Assembly: GCA_033762115.1 (NCBI GenBank)
Contig: JANRLX010000099.1
Coordinates: 1 to 54,427, forward strand
Direction: 5' to 3'
DNA length: 54,427 nucleotides
Source: Verrucomicrobiota bacterium
Lineage (GTDB): Bacteria > Verrucomicrobiota > Verrucomicrobiia > Limisphaerales > SXQI01
The notes under the pieces were generated by a model that had not been told where the DNA came from, did not search any database, and was given only the letters and a program-made list of their open reading frames with translations. Each line of letters opens with the position of its first letter. Position 1 is the stretch's first letter. The position numbers and the translations under genes were made by a program. Below are positions 18,571 to 28,755 of the stretch, piece by piece.

Positions 18571-19080
18571 TCAATAACTGACGATTTCCTGCCAGAGAGG
18601 TTCCAGGTCGCTGTCCTGAAGGGCCTTTTGTTTGATGATATTTTTGTTTCCCACTTTCAGCGCGGATTTCAGGAGGATGCGGGCTTCATCCATCCTGTTC
18701 ATCTGGCAGGCGTAGCAGGAAAGATTGTAATGGATGGTCGGCTCTTCCGGGAAGGCTTTGAGCGCTGGATGCAACGAATCCCAGGCGGCCTCCAAACCAC
18801 CCTGCGGAGCACGGCGCAGGGAATAGGCGCGATGTATCCACCCTTCGGGACGTTCCGGAGCAGCGAGCACCATTTGTGTGGCGATGTTAATGGATTGTTC
18901 CCAATGGCCATTGGCAGTGTGAAGAACCCAGCGCATTTCCAACACGTCAGGGTGGTTCCAGAACCGGCCATCGACACGGGCCAGTTCACGGGCGGCTTCC
19001 TTGAAATTTCCCAAATCTACCCAACCGCTTGCCGCCGAAAGGTGAAACTGATTTGGATATTCAAGAGCGGTTTGGATCAT
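18571..19080 (-). CDS. Tetratricopeptide repeat protein
   Basis: Helical repeats (AASGWVDLG, GWIHRAYSLRR) and a C-terminal HYNLSCYACQM...ALQDSDLEPL. Confidence 0.85.
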   Translation of the reverse strand: MIQTALEYPNQFHLSAASGWVDLGNFKEAARELARVDGRFWNHPDVLEMRWVLHTANGHWEQSINIATQMVLAAPERPEGWIHRAYSLRRAPQGGLEAAWDSLHPALKAFPEEPTIHYNLSCYACQMNRMDEARILLKSALKVGNKNIIKQKALQDSDLEPLWQEIVSY

Positions 19081-19228
19081 CAATCAAACTAACCCTGTCT
19101 ATGCCTCGGATTCCTTTAAAAATCAAGTAAAACCGGGAGTCAAATGGCATTCTTCCCGATTGATGACCGTTCCTCATTTCGGGGCGCGATTGTCACCATG
19201 AGAACATTTGGCTACGCTGCCGGGCGGG

Positions 19229-20041
19229 ATGAAGTTTGTGATTTGTAATGAAATCTTCAAGGACTGGCCGCTTGAACGTGTTTTTCAATATGTCGCAAGC
19301 CTTGGGTATGATGCAATTGAACTCGCCCCATTCACAATTGCGCCATATGTGACGCTGATTTCACCTGAAAGACGGAGTGAAATCAAAGCGCTTGCAGCCC
19401 AAAATCGGTTGCTCATCAGCGGGATTCATTGGGTGCTGGTGCAGGCGGAAGGAATGCACCTAACACATCCTGATGCCGCCACCCGAGGGAAAACTTCCCA
19501 ATATTTTTCGGACCTGGTGGATTTTTGCGCCGATATTGGCGGGACACACATTATTGTGGGGAGCCCAAAACAGCGTAGCGTGATGGAGGGGGTCACCTAC
19601 GAGCAAGCCTGGGATTGGGCGACTGCTGTATTCACTCCATCCGTTCAACAGGCCGCAGAGCGGGGGATCACCATTTGCCTGGAACCGCTTTCCAGCGCGG
19701 AAACGAATTTCATCAATACTGCTGAGGAGGCGGTTCGATTTGTGCGACAGTTTGAAAATGATCATTTCAGGATCATCCTGGATGTCAAAGCCATGTCTTC
19801 GGAGAGGAAAAGCATTCCACAAATCATTGAGGAATCGTGGCCTTATTTTGCTTATTTTCATGCCAATGACGCCAACCTGAAGGGGCCCGGCTTTGGAACG
19901 GTGGATTTCCTGCCCATCGCCTCAGCATTGCGGAAAGTCGGATATAATGGTTACGTGTCTGTAGAGGTTTTTAAGTTCGAGGAGGGACCGGAGGTCATTG
20001 CATCCAAAAGCCTGGAATACCTGCATCGCACAATGCGTTGA
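19229..20041 (+). CDS. Sugar phosphate isomerase/epimerase (D-psicose/D-tagatose 3-epimerase-like TIM barrel)
   Basis: GYDAIELAPF, ICLEPL, ILDVKAM, YFHAND, GPGFGTVDF and YVSVEVF metal-ligand pattern. Confidence 0.9.
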   Translation: MKFVICNEIFKDWPLERVFQYVASLGYDAIELAPFTIAPYVTLISPERRSEIKALAAQNRLLISGIHWVLVQAEGMHLTHPDAATRGKTSQYFSDLVDFCADIGGTHIIVGSPKQRSVMEGVTYEQAWDWATAVFTPSVQQAAERGITICLEPLSSAETNFINTAEEAVRFVRQFENDHFRIILDVKAMSSERKSIPQIIEESWPYFAYFHANDANLKGPGFGTVDFLPIASALRKVGYNGYVSVEVFKFEEGPEVIASKSLEYLHRTMR

Positions 20042-20076
20042 TTTCGGGAGGGTGACCTGACTCCGGACGGCAAGGG

Positions 20077-22272
20077 ATGAAGAAGCCAAAGGAATCGATC
20101 AAGCAGAAGGTCCGGTGGGTCATCATGCTAACGTGCAGCGTGGTGCTTGCATGCACGGCCACTTCCTTTGTGGCGTATGAATATATCTCAGCCCGTGGTC
20201 ATCTCCTGGACTATGTAAGGGCTGTTGCCGGTTTGATGGGGCCAAACGGGGCCCTGGCCTTGAACAACAGGGACCAGGAACTTGGGCAACGGACATTGAC
20301 TCCCCTGGCAATGGAAGCTTACATCACCCGCGCCGCTCTTTACGACAGTACGGGAAGGCTGTTCGTTTTTTTCCCGGCCAGTTCCAAGGTTTCGGACTTT
20401 CCTTCACATCCCGGCCCTCCCAGGGAAAAATTCACGAAAGGCACGTTTCATTCAGTCACACCTCTCAGGCAAAATGAGGAAATCGCCGGCAGCTTATATT
20501 TGTTTTCCGATATGCGCCCATTCAAGGACCGCTTTAATTTGTACACCGCGGTGGTATTGACTGTCCTGATCGGTTCAATCGTGGTTGCGTTCCTGACTTC
20601 CAGCTGGTTGCAACGGGGCATTACCGGCCCTGTCATCTCCCTTGCACAAACGGCGAAGGCAGTATCCGACAGCCACGATTTTTCCCTGAGAGCCCAGAAA
20701 GTGACGGATGACGAACTGGGCCTTCTGACCGAAAGCCTGAATACGATGCTCATGGAGATACAGGCGCGGGACAGCGCCATTCGCCGTAATAATGAAAGGT
20801 TGAACCTGGCCCTGGAATCGAGCCGAACCGGGACCTGGGATTATAATATAGCAACCGGGGAACTTCAGTGGGATGAGTTCACCCATAAGCTTTTTGGCCT
20901 GCGCCCCGGCGAGTTCGCCGGGACTTACGAATCATTCCTGAACCTGATCCATCCGGATGAACGACAACTAACGGACCAGATGATCCAGTCAGCAATCCAG
21001 GAACGGCGCTCGCTCAACGTGCAATACAGAATTGTCTGGCTGGATGGCTCAATCCATTACATGAGTTCACGCGGCCGGGCAATTTTCGATTCACAGGGAA
21101 AGGCGGTGCGCATGGTCGGGGTAACAATTGACGTGACAGAAAGCGCACGTGCGGAACAGGCGCTGAGGGAAAGCGAAGCCCGCTTCCGCACCATGGCCGA
21201 TGCCGCTCCGATCATGGTGTGGACCGCCGGGCTGCAGGAGGAACGGGATTATTTTAATCGGGCCTGGCTTGAATTCACCGGCTCCAGCCTCGCAGAGCAA
21301 TGGGGGCGTGGGTGGATGAAGGTTATTCATCCGGATGATCTGGCCAAGTACCAGGAGGAACTCACTGAAGCGTTCCAGCGGCGCTCCAGTTTTGCCATTG
21401 AGTACCGGCTACGACGGCATGATGGCGATTATCGATGGATTCTTGAGCACGGTGTCCCACGCTTCGACCCTGACGGGACGTTTGAGGGTTACATTGGAAG
21501 TTGCATGGATATCACAGAACTGAGATTGGCCCGCGCTGATCTGGAACAGAGAGTACTGGACCGGACTGTGGAACTCGCCGCAGCGAACCGTGAATTGGAA
21601 GCGTTTGCGTATTCAGTTTCTCACGACCTTCGAGCGCCGCTCCGCCACATCCAGGCCTACACCCAGATTTTGCAGGAGGACTTTTCCAAAGAGATCCCGC
21701 CTGCAGCGTTACAACATTTGAACCGGATCGGGAAGAGCACCAGCAACCTGGGCCAACTTGTGGATGATTTATTAAACCTGGCCCGACTTGGAAGGCAGGA
21801 ACTGAAAAGAGCAAAATGTGATTTAAATATCATCGTCCAGGAAGTGCGGGAAGAACTGGAACAGGAAGCAAAAGGACGTGAGATTCAATGGATTATCCAC
21901 CATCTGCCAATAATCGAATGCGATCCGGGGCTTGTGAGGCAAATCTACGCCAACCTGCTTTCAAATTCTGTAAAATACAGCCGTCCGCGTCAGGTCGCCA
22001 CCATCCTAATGACCGTCGATCCACAGCAGCCTCCAATTTTTTCAGTGCAGGACAACGGGGTGGGTTTCAATATGAAATATGTGAATAAGCTTTTCGGGGT
22101 ATTCACGCGGCTGCATCGGGCCGAGGAATTTGAGGGGACCGGAGTGGGATTGGCCACGGTGGAACGAATCGTCAGAAAACATGGTGGTAGAATTTGGGCG
22201 GAAGCTGTAGAAGGTGAAGGAGCCAAATTTTTCTTCACTCTTTCGCCTGAACAGAAAGAAGTAAAATCATGA
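20077..22272 (+). CDS. Membrane sensor histidine kinase (periplasmic sensor, HAMP, 2 PAS, phytochrome-type HisKA/HATPase)
   Basis: Two TMs, HAMP (DDELGLL), PAS/PAC motifs, ELEAFAYSVSHDLRAPLRHI and FEGTGVGLA. Confidence 0.95.
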   Translation: MKKPKESIKQKVRWVIMLTCSVVLACTATSFVAYEYISARGHLLDYVRAVAGLMGPNGALALNNRDQELGQRTLTPLAMEAYITRAALYDSTGRLFVFFPASSKVSDFPSHPGPPREKFTKGTFHSVTPLRQNEEIAGSLYLFSDMRPFKDRFNLYTAVVLTVLIGSIVVAFLTSSWLQRGITGPVISLAQTAKAVSDSHDFSLRAQKVTDDELGLLTESLNTMLMEIQARDSAIRRNNERLNLALESSRTGTWDYNIATGELQWDEFTHKLFGLRPGEFAGTYESFLNLIHPDERQLTDQMIQSAIQERRSLNVQYRIVWLDGSIHYMSSRGRAIFDSQGKAVRMVGVTIDVTESARAEQALRESEARFRTMADAAPIMVWTAGLQEERDYFNRAWLEFTGSSLAEQWGRGWMKVIHPDDLAKYQEELTEAFQRRSSFAIEYRLRRHDGDYRWILEHGVPRFDPDGTFEGYIGSCMDITELRLARADLEQRVLDRTVELAAANRELEAFAYSVSHDLRAPLRHIQAYTQILQEDFSKEIPPAALQHLNRIGKSTSNLGQLVDDLLNLARLGRQELKRAKCDLNIIVQEVREELEQEAKGREIQWIIHHLPIIECDPGLVRQIYANLLSNSVKYSRPRQVATILMTVDPQQPPIFSVQDNGVGFNMKYVNKLFGVFTRLHRAEEFEGTGVGLATVERIVRKHGGRIWAEAVEGEGAKFFFTLSPEQKEVKS

Positions 22273-22730
22273 CCCAGCGCGAAGCAATTGAAATCCTCCT
22301 GGTCGAGGACAATATCGATGATGTGGAGCTGGCGATGCTTGCCCTTCGCAAAAATCACCTTGCCAATCATATTCATGTGGCACGTGACGGGGAGGAAGCG
22401 TTGGATTTTTTGTTTTGCCGGGGGGCCTTTGCCGGTCGCAATTTCAATTCCCCGCCGAAAGTGGTGCTGCTCGATTTAAAATTGCCAAAAGTTGACGGGT
22501 TGGAAGTCCTGAAAGCATTGAAAAGTGATCCACGGACCAAACCCATTCCCGTCATTGTGATGACCTCATCAAAAGAACAACGGGATTTGATTGAAGGTTA
22601 TCATTTGGGAGTGAACAGCTATATTCAAAAACCGGTCGATTTCAGCCAGTTCCGGGAAATTATCAAGCAACTGGGCTTTTACTGGCTCGTAATTAACCAC
22701 CCCCCGCCTCCCCAGGCATTTGGTTCGTAA
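22269..22730 (+). CDS. Single-domain response regulator (Rcp1-like), cognate of the upstream kinase
   Basis: ILLVEDNIDD, LLDLKLPKVDGLEVL and GVNSYIQKPVDF. ATGA overlap with the kinase. Confidence 0.95.
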   Translation: MTQREAIEILLVEDNIDDVELAMLALRKNHLANHIHVARDGEEALDFLFCRGAFAGRNFNSPPKVVLLDLKLPKVDGLEVLKALKSDPRTKPIPVIVMTSSKEQRDLIEGYHLGVNSYIQKPVDFSQFREIIKQLGFYWLVINHPPPPQAFGS

Positions 22731-23148
22731 GCCCGTTCAGGGATTTGTGAACCGCTTTTGCTAATGTGACCGGACTATACGGCTTTTGCAGCAGAGTGCT
22801 TCCGCTGGGAAGTTGAAAGCGGGGAGACAGTGTATCCATCGAGTATCCGGTGGTAAAAAGAACCTCCAAATCCGGATTAAAATGTTTCAACTTTTCGGCC
22901 AACTGAATGCCAGTGGTGCCTCCCGGCAGGACAATGTCGGCAATGAGCAGGCTGGGCTGTATGCTTTTCCAGAGTTCGAGGGCGTGGTCAGCATTGTGTG
23001 CGATGGTCACATTGTAACCCAGTGCTTCGAGAACTCGTTTCAATAACCGGCAAATCGCCGGATCATCTTCAACAAGGAGTATCCCCGCAGTGCCATGTGG
23101 CAGGTCCGAGCTCCACAAATTGCGAGCAACTGTTGCTTTGTCAGTCAT
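22693..23148 (-). CDS. Single-domain response regulator (CckA/CpdR-type receiver); start uncertain (23148 or 23187)
   Basis: ILLVEDDPAI, LIADIVLPGG, LFTTGYS and LQKPYS. Confidence 0.88.
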   Translation of the reverse strand: MTDKATVARNLWSSDLPHGTAGILLVEDDPAICRLLKRVLEALGYNVTIAHNADHALELWKSIQPSLLIADIVLPGGTTGIQLAEKLKHFNPDLEVLFTTGYSMDTLSPRFQLPSGSTLLQKPYSPVTLAKAVHKSLNGLTNQMPGEAGGG

Positions 23149-23349
23149 CCGGTCTTTCGTTTCAATACATTCTTCCAGAAATGTCATAATTCTTGCCTTT
23201 CCTGTTTATCTTAACTGCGAATCCCGCTCCCTGTTCAAAAATGACAACGAGGACAAACTTGCCACTGGCTGCTTTGTCACCGGAGCAAAGCGCTCTGTAG
23301 GCATTGGTCTGGGACAGTCCGATCCCTGAAGAATGGTTTGTTCTCATAT

Positions 23350-23730
23350 TTAAATTCCAAATAGCTGGTCGATTGCCGGGACCAGCTTGTTCGCCAGTTC
23401 GGTTTTCAATACGTAATGATCCGCGCCGACATCCTTTGCCACGAGCCGGTAAGCTTCGCTGCTGTGCAACGTCAGGAGAATAATTTTAGGGGCGTTCTGC
23501 TGCTGTTTGATTTTTCGCGTGGCCTGCAACCCGTTCAGGTGGGGGATGCTAATGTCCATCAGCACCAGTTCCGGGGTCAGTTCCTCGGACATACGGACGG
23601 CAGCCGGGCCGTCCTCGGCTTCGGCAATAATCGAAATTTGTTCAAACCGGGTCAGGAATTCGACTGCCGCATTCCGAAAACAGGCATTGTCATCAACAAT
23701 TAATGTTCTGATTCGCTTCACTTCGAACAA
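23350..23730 (-). CDS. Single-domain NarL-type receiver protein
   Basis: TLIVDD, LVLMDISIPHLNGLQAT, LLTLH and GADHYVLK. There is no HTH. Confidence 0.9.
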   Translation of the reverse strand: MFEVKRIRTLIVDDNACFRNAAVEFLTRFEQISIIAEAEDGPAAVRMSEELTPELVLMDISIPHLNGLQATRKIKQQQNAPKIILLTLHSSEAYRLVAKDVGADHYVLKTELANKLVPAIDQLFGI

Positions 23731-23844
23731 TCTGCCTCATCCAGCTCAGGGGCGGTATTAGTCAGTTCCCTAAGGAATTTCCTTGGTTCAGGGGAAAGCC
23801 TTCATTTGCGATTTGTCATCAAACCATCCCTGCTCCAAGCTGGA

Positions 23845-24126
23845 ATGATGAAATCAGCCTATGAACTGGCGATGGAACGACTCGGCAAAGGGGTCCCCAG
23901 CGCAAAAGTGACCGATGAACAAAAAAAGCAACTGGCGGAAATTGATTCAATTTACGCCGCGAAGATTGCTGAACGGGAAATTTTTCTGAAGGGAGAGGTC
24001 GAAAAAGCTGCTGCAAAGGGGGATTACACTGAAATTCAGCAATTGCAGGAACAGCTGGTTCGGGACCGAAAATCGCTGGAGGCCGAAAAGGAAGAGAAAA
24101 AGGAGCGGGTGCGCCAGGCCAAATAA
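23845..24126 (+). CDS. Conserved hypothetical coiled-coil protein
   Basis: MKSAYELAMERL N-terminus and a charged helical composition. Confidence 0.8.
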   Translation: MMKSAYELAMERLGKGVPSAKVTDEQKKQLAEIDSIYAAKIAEREIFLKGEVEKAAAKGDYTEIQQLQEQLVRDRKSLEAEKEEKKERVRQAK

Positions 24127-24144
24127 CTCGCAACTTTCCGTGGC

Positions 24145-24999
24145 TTGTGGTTAACTAAATTTATGATCAGTCAAATCTGGAAGGCCGGGCAGCGCGCCCT
24201 GTTTGCAATGCTGCTAAGTGGTGTTGCAACCACAGCCCTTCAGAGCCTGGCAGTCGAGTCGAAAAGCAGGGACACCTACCAATCCATCATTGATCGCAAC
24301 CCTTTTGGGCTTAAACCCCCTGCTCCACCGCCAGCTCCACCCACCAATAAACCTCCGGAACAACCTGCTCCGCCAAAAGTGGATTATATGCTGAGCGGCA
24401 TTTCCACCTACGGCACGAAACGAGCCTATCTGGTCAGCAAAGATCCGAACAATAAATACCCCTATATGACCCTCTCGGAAGGTCAGCAAATGGAAGGGGT
24501 GGAGGTGCTCGAAATCGATGAAAAGAAACAAACGGTGAAAATCCGGAACACCGGTAGCGAAATTCTTTTAAGCTTTGCCACTCATGGTGTTCCTGTCGCC
24601 AAAATGGCTCCGGTTGCAGGACCAGGGGGCAGGCCCGGTCCTCCCGGATCAAATATTCCCACTCCCGTCAGGCCCGGCGGCAGCATTCCACTCCCGGGCG
24701 GGAACAATCAGGGTTACAATCCCGGAGGAAATATCAATACACTCAATGGAGCCTCGACCCAACCTCTGGAACGTCCTTTGCGAACGATTCCCTCCCGCAA
24801 TCGCGGACCCGGGCTACAGGAAGCGCAGCCAGTCATGGATGGCAATGGAGATGTTGTTCAACCCACTCCCGCTCCATCTGACCCGGATGTGGGAGTCAGA
24901 CAATATATTGATATGAGAATCCAGGAACGGAATTCCCAGGCCCAGGGTCAGCCTTTTCCTCCGCTTCCGGATCCAACCGCTCCCCCTTCCCCATTCTAG
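24145..24999 (+). CDS. Exported Pro-rich hypothetical protein with a GspC/PilP-like small beta domain; start uncertain
   Basis: Signal/TM segment, RNPFGL, a poly-Pro linker and LSGI...AYL...LSEGQ..EGVEVLEID. Confidence 0.6.
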   Translation: MWLTKFMISQIWKAGQRALFAMLLSGVATTALQSLAVESKSRDTYQSIIDRNPFGLKPPAPPPAPPTNKPPEQPAPPKVDYMLSGISTYGTKRAYLVSKDPNNKYPYMTLSEGQQMEGVEVLEIDEKKQTVKIRNTGSEILLSFATHGVPVAKMAPVAGPGGRPGPPGSNIPTPVRPGGSIPLPGGNNQGYNPGGNINTLNGASTQPLERPLRTIPSRNRGPGLQEAQPVMDGNGDVVQPTPAPSDPDVGVRQYIDMRIQERNSQAQGQPFPPLPDPTAPPSPF

Positions 25000-25012
25000 G
25001 CCGCGGTTTAAG

Positions 25013-25516
25013 CTACTGGGTCAGGATCTGAATCTCCCGGACGGGGTCAACCTGTTGGATGAGCCATTGCTTTTCTTCTTTGCGCCATTGCACACGGAAC
25101 ACCTGGACAAAGGGATCGCTTTGTCCCTGCAACTCGGCCATTGCGGCAAAATTGCTGGTTGCAGTTTTTCCATCCGGAGCCACATCTATTTTTACATCAT
25201 AAATTTTTACGGTGCCGCGCAGGTTTCCACGGGCTGCCATAAACATTTGGGTCATTTCCTCCCGCCCCTGGATCGGTTCCCCACGGCCAAAACCTTCCGT
25301 ATTGATCAGAACATCCGAAGTGAAATAGCTCGTGATCCGATTGGCCGCTGCCAGTTTTTTGATTCCTCCCTCGCCAGGATTGTTGGATAGGTCAGAAGCG
25401 AGTTTTTCCAACCGGCTCTTGATGATTTTCTCGGCACCGGGGAAGAGCCACTGGGTGACGAAATATCCACCAACAAACGCTGCGGCAAAAATCAGAATAT
25501 AAACTAATTTTTTCAA
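25013..25516 (-). CDS. NTF2/SnoaL-like fold protein with an N-terminal TM helix
   Basis: YFTSDV, IQGREE, VKIDVAPDGKTAT and WRKEEKQWLI. It overlaps the lepB stop. Confidence 0.7.
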   Translation of the reverse strand: MKKLVYILIFAAAFVGGYFVTQWLFPGAEKIIKSRLEKLASDLSNNPGEGGIKKLAAANRITSYFTSDVLINTEGFGRGEPIQGREEMTQMFMAARGNLRGTVKIYDVKIDVAPDGKTATSNFAAMAELQGQSDPFVQVFRVQWRKEEKQWLIQQVDPVREIQILTQ

Positions 25517-26028
25517 AACAGCACTTTCCCCAGGATTTCGTTTTCAAACTTCAAATGAGTGGAGGAGAGCGGCCGATTATCGCCAATGACCAGGTATTGA
25601 TCCGCTTTCAATTGAACTTCCCCTCCGCGAAAGGTCCATGGAATCAATCCATTGGCGTACGGTTCCTCCAGAAGTTCTCCATTGATAAAAAAGCGTCCTT
25701 CACGAACAGAAATCGTTTCGCCAGGAAGTCCCACAATCCGTTTGAGCAACAGCAGATTGTTTCCGCTCAAGGTGACTCCCACCACGTCACCTCGTTTCGG
25801 TTTTGCACGATAGTAAGAATATCTGTTAATGACATTGATGCGTCCATCCCTGTAAGTCGGGTGCATGCTGTTCCCTTTCACGCGAATGGGAACCAGGACG
25901 AACTTGAACAGGATAATGCTTGCGAGTATCCAGATTGCCGTCCGGATCAACGTCAGGCCAGGATTGCGCCCGACAACCAGCCGGACCCACAAAGGCATTT
26001 TTTTCTGCACACTTTGCGCCACATCCAT
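25513..26028 (-). CDS. lepB: Signal peptidase I
   Basis: Catalytic Ser box GNSMHPT, RGDVV, Lys box LKRIVGLPGE and GDNR. Confidence 0.93.
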   Translation of the reverse strand: MDVAQSVQKKMPLWVRLVVGRNPGLTLIRTAIWILASIILFKFVLVPIRVKGNSMHPTYRDGRINVINRYSYYRAKPKRGDVVGVTLSGNNLLLLKRIVGLPGETISVREGRFFINGELLEEPYANGLIPWTFRGGEVQLKADQYLVIGDNRPLSSTHLKFENEILGKVLF

Positions 26029-26043
26029 GACTTCAGTATGAGC

Positions 26044-28638
26044 TTACCTCAAGGATAGTAAATAGCTGATCAGATCGCTGAAATCATTCGGTGTCATGGT
26101 GGTTTCCAAACCTGCGGGCATCAGTGAAAATTCGGATGCCTTTTCCCGTTCGATCTGTTTGACAGGGATCCGCTGAGCAGATCCAGTCCCCGTTTCCATT
26201 TCCAAATATTCACTCCCGCGATTGAGAATCAGGCCAGTCAACTCCCCACCATCCTTAAGGGTGATTTGATGAGACACATAAAGCGGCCCGATGTCCCTGG
26301 AAGGCTCAAGAATTGAATGCGCCAGTTTCACACGATCACTGCCACGGCCAATCGTGGAAAGGTCCGGTCCTATTTTACCGCCTCGCCCTTCGACAGAATG
26401 ACATTTTGAGCAGGAAGTGAGGGGGTTGAAGAAAACCCGACGGCCCCTGCCCGCATCCCCCTGCTGTTGGGCTGCGCGCATCCATTGGGAATCTTCACCT
26501 GGCTGATGTGCCACGGCGGGGGTGATGAGCATCTGTAATTGATCCAGAGCAGCTTGTCTCAACATCGTTGTTTTTTTGAATTGCTCCAGCTTTTTTAAGA
26601 ACTGCTCATCCGCAAGAGCCAAAGTTCTGACGGTGCGCGCTGCCTCCGTGGCAACAACTGGTTCACGTTCCTCCAGCAGGGAAAAGAGATTGGTGCCTGT
26701 GCTCTTTGGAAAATGCGCCAGCCCGGCAATGGCATCGCCTCGCAAACCAGGCCCTGCAGTTTGATTCGAAGCCACCTGCCAGAGCAGGCGGCCCGCCTTC
26801 TCATTTTTAGAGAATGCAAGGGCCCGCACTGCCGCAATTTTCAACGATTCGTTCGTTGACCCCACTGCCTTTTCCAGGGATTTAAGGACGGTGTCGGAAT
26901 CGATGTCCTCAATCGTAAGCAAGGCCAGCCGCTGCAATTCAATTGAAGCGTGTGAATCATTCAAAATCCCAAGAAGCAATTGATCGCCGCTGCTGCCCTG
27001 TGCCCAGACGGATTTCTCTTCAGTTTGGGGTTTCATGAGTTCCCGTGCCGCCAAATAAACCTTGAACAAAGCCGGTGTGACGGGTGGAAGTTCCAATGCG
27101 CGCGCAAGGTCACCTTCAAGGTCAGGCAGTTGCTTTTCTGCGGCCCAGGTCAGCGCCATTTGCCGAACTGTCACTGATGGGTCGGTAAGCAATGCCAGGA
27201 CAATCGTTGAAGGCTCCTTGTAATCTCCCCGCCGCAAGGCAAGCACAGCTGCAAGTCGGATGGCATCATTGGTATGGCTCAAAGCCCGGCGAAGATCAGG
27301 ATGATGCTCCGGTGCGGACAATGCATGAATCGCCGCGCTTGAAATAAAGGCATCCATGTTCGTTGCCAGCAGGAGCAATCGATCAAACCCGAAGCGTTGT
27401 GGATCATGCTGCAACTGCGTCAGTGTCATCGCCGCAGCGGTCGGCTCACTTTGAATTTCGGGAATTTTGCCATTTTTTCCCAATGACCAGATGCGTCCTT
27501 TTTTATGGACTGAATACTCCTGGTCAGCCCAATCAGTAATGTAAATCGGTGCATCCGCTGTCGCTGATGCTCGCGTCTGAGTGGCAATTGCCACCGGTCG
27601 AAACGATTTGTCCCCCTGTATCAGGATGACTTTTTGCGAGCTGAAGCTGGCACCTTTTTGGGTCAGTCTAAATAATTCCAAAGTGTTATCACCCCAACCG
27701 GTCACCAATAGTGCATTCGAATCCTCTCCACCCCATCCAGCCAGATTAAGATTCAACATTCCGGATGGCGCTTCTCCTGTGCCGGCCACCATTCCCAATG
27801 TCCCGGGAATCTCCCCATTCCAGGAAACGAACGGATGTAGACCGCTTCTGCCATACCTGAACTGATAGCCGTAATCTCCATGGCGAATGACATGCAAAAG
27901 GCGGCAGGGCGGGCGGGAATCAGGATCATTATCCACTGTGAACAATTCGCCGTTCTTGCCGAAGGCAAAGGCAAACGGATTCCAAAATCCGGTGGCATAC
28001 CGTTCCAATCCGCTGCCATCCACACGACAACGAAAGACATTGCCCCCTTCTCCACCGCCACGGATTTCTTTGCCATCGCTCCCGGTCAACGTATAACTTC
28101 GCCCGAGATTCTCCCCCATTCCCACGTAAAGCCAGCCATCTTCTGAAAGAATGGCTCCTCCCAAACCGTTGTGCGGATATCGCTCCTCCGTTTGCAGACG
28201 CAAAAGCTCTGTGACCTTGTCCGCCCTGTCATCCTGATTGTTGTCCTGGAGCCACATCACGCCGTTGCGATGCACCAGCAGCAATTCTCCCTTCGGCGTC
28301 AGCACCAGGTTCATCGCGGCATAAAATCCTTCGGCAAAAATCGTGATTCGGTCGGCGCGTCCATCCCGGTTCAGATCTTCAAAGATTTTGACACGATCCG
28401 ATTCCGGACCGGCATACTTGTCCGGTCGTTGATGGGTGTGAGACTCAATGACGTAAAGACGACCTCGTGAATCAACCACCATTCCCACCGGCGTCACGAT
28501 ATCCGGTGCTTCCGCAAACAAATGAAGTGAAACATCCTCTCTGTTGAGTGAAAGAACCGCGGGATGAATTGCCGCCGCGTATAAATTGAGGGCGGTGATA
28601 AACAATACACAGAAGCTGGTTAACCTGGCCTGTACCAT
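26044..28638 (-). CDS. PVC-type membrane-bound dehydrogenase-like protein (beta-propeller, HEAT repeats, cytochrome c); probable start 28638
   Basis: LFAEAPDIVTPVG, EDLNRDGRAD, GFWNPF, HEAT-like repeats, CSKCH with GGKIGPDLS and a terminal SLMPAGL...DLISYL. Confidence 0.9.
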   Translation of the reverse strand: MVQARLTSFCVLFITALNLYAAAIHPAVLSLNREDVSLHLFAEAPDIVTPVGMVVDSRGRLYVIESHTHQRPDKYAGPESDRVKIFEDLNRDGRADRITIFAEGFYAAMNLVLTPKGELLLVHRNGVMWLQDNNQDDRADKVTELLRLQTEERYPHNGLGGAILSEDGWLYVGMGENLGRSYTLTGSDGKEIRGGGEGGNVFRCRVDGSGLERYATGFWNPFAFAFGKNGELFTVDNDPDSRPPCRLLHVIRHGDYGYQFRYGRSGLHPFVSWNGEIPGTLGMVAGTGEAPSGMLNLNLAGWGGEDSNALLVTGWGDNTLELFRLTQKGASFSSQKVILIQGDKSFRPVAIATQTRASATADAPIYITDWADQEYSVHKKGRIWSLGKNGKIPEIQSEPTAAAMTLTQLQHDPQRFGFDRLLLLATNMDAFISSAAIHALSAPEHHPDLRRALSHTNDAIRLAAVLALRRGDYKEPSTIVLALLTDPSVTVRQMALTWAAEKQLPDLEGDLARALELPPVTPALFKVYLAARELMKPQTEEKSVWAQGSSGDQLLLGILNDSHASIELQRLALLTIEDIDSDTVLKSLEKAVGSTNESLKIAAVRALAFSKNEKAGRLLWQVASNQTAGPGLRGDAIAGLAHFPKSTGTNLFSLLEEREPVVATEAARTVRTLALADEQFLKKLEQFKKTTMLRQAALDQLQMLITPAVAHQPGEDSQWMRAAQQQGDAGRGRRVFFNPLTSCSKCHSVEGRGGKIGPDLSTIGRGSDRVKLAHSILEPSRDIGPLYVSHQITLKDGGELTGLILNRGSEYLEMETGTGSAQRIPVKQIEREKASEFSLMPAGLETTMTPNDFSDLISYLLSLR

Positions 28639-28755
28639 GTAGTCATTGAAACAGAATCCATAACGAACTTCCATACACTCCTCATTGTTCCTGAGTAATA
28701 AAAACGGTTTTGCCTGATGCCATTTTCGCAAGGAAGCAAGTTAAGTTAAAAAATA

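Noticed and set aside
18376..19092. 238-aa + strand ORF, and the 142-aa extension of the minus-strand ORF to 18555
   Set aside because: Both overlap the tRNA-Leu gene, and the + ORF is also antisense to the TPR gene. They are shadow ORFs.
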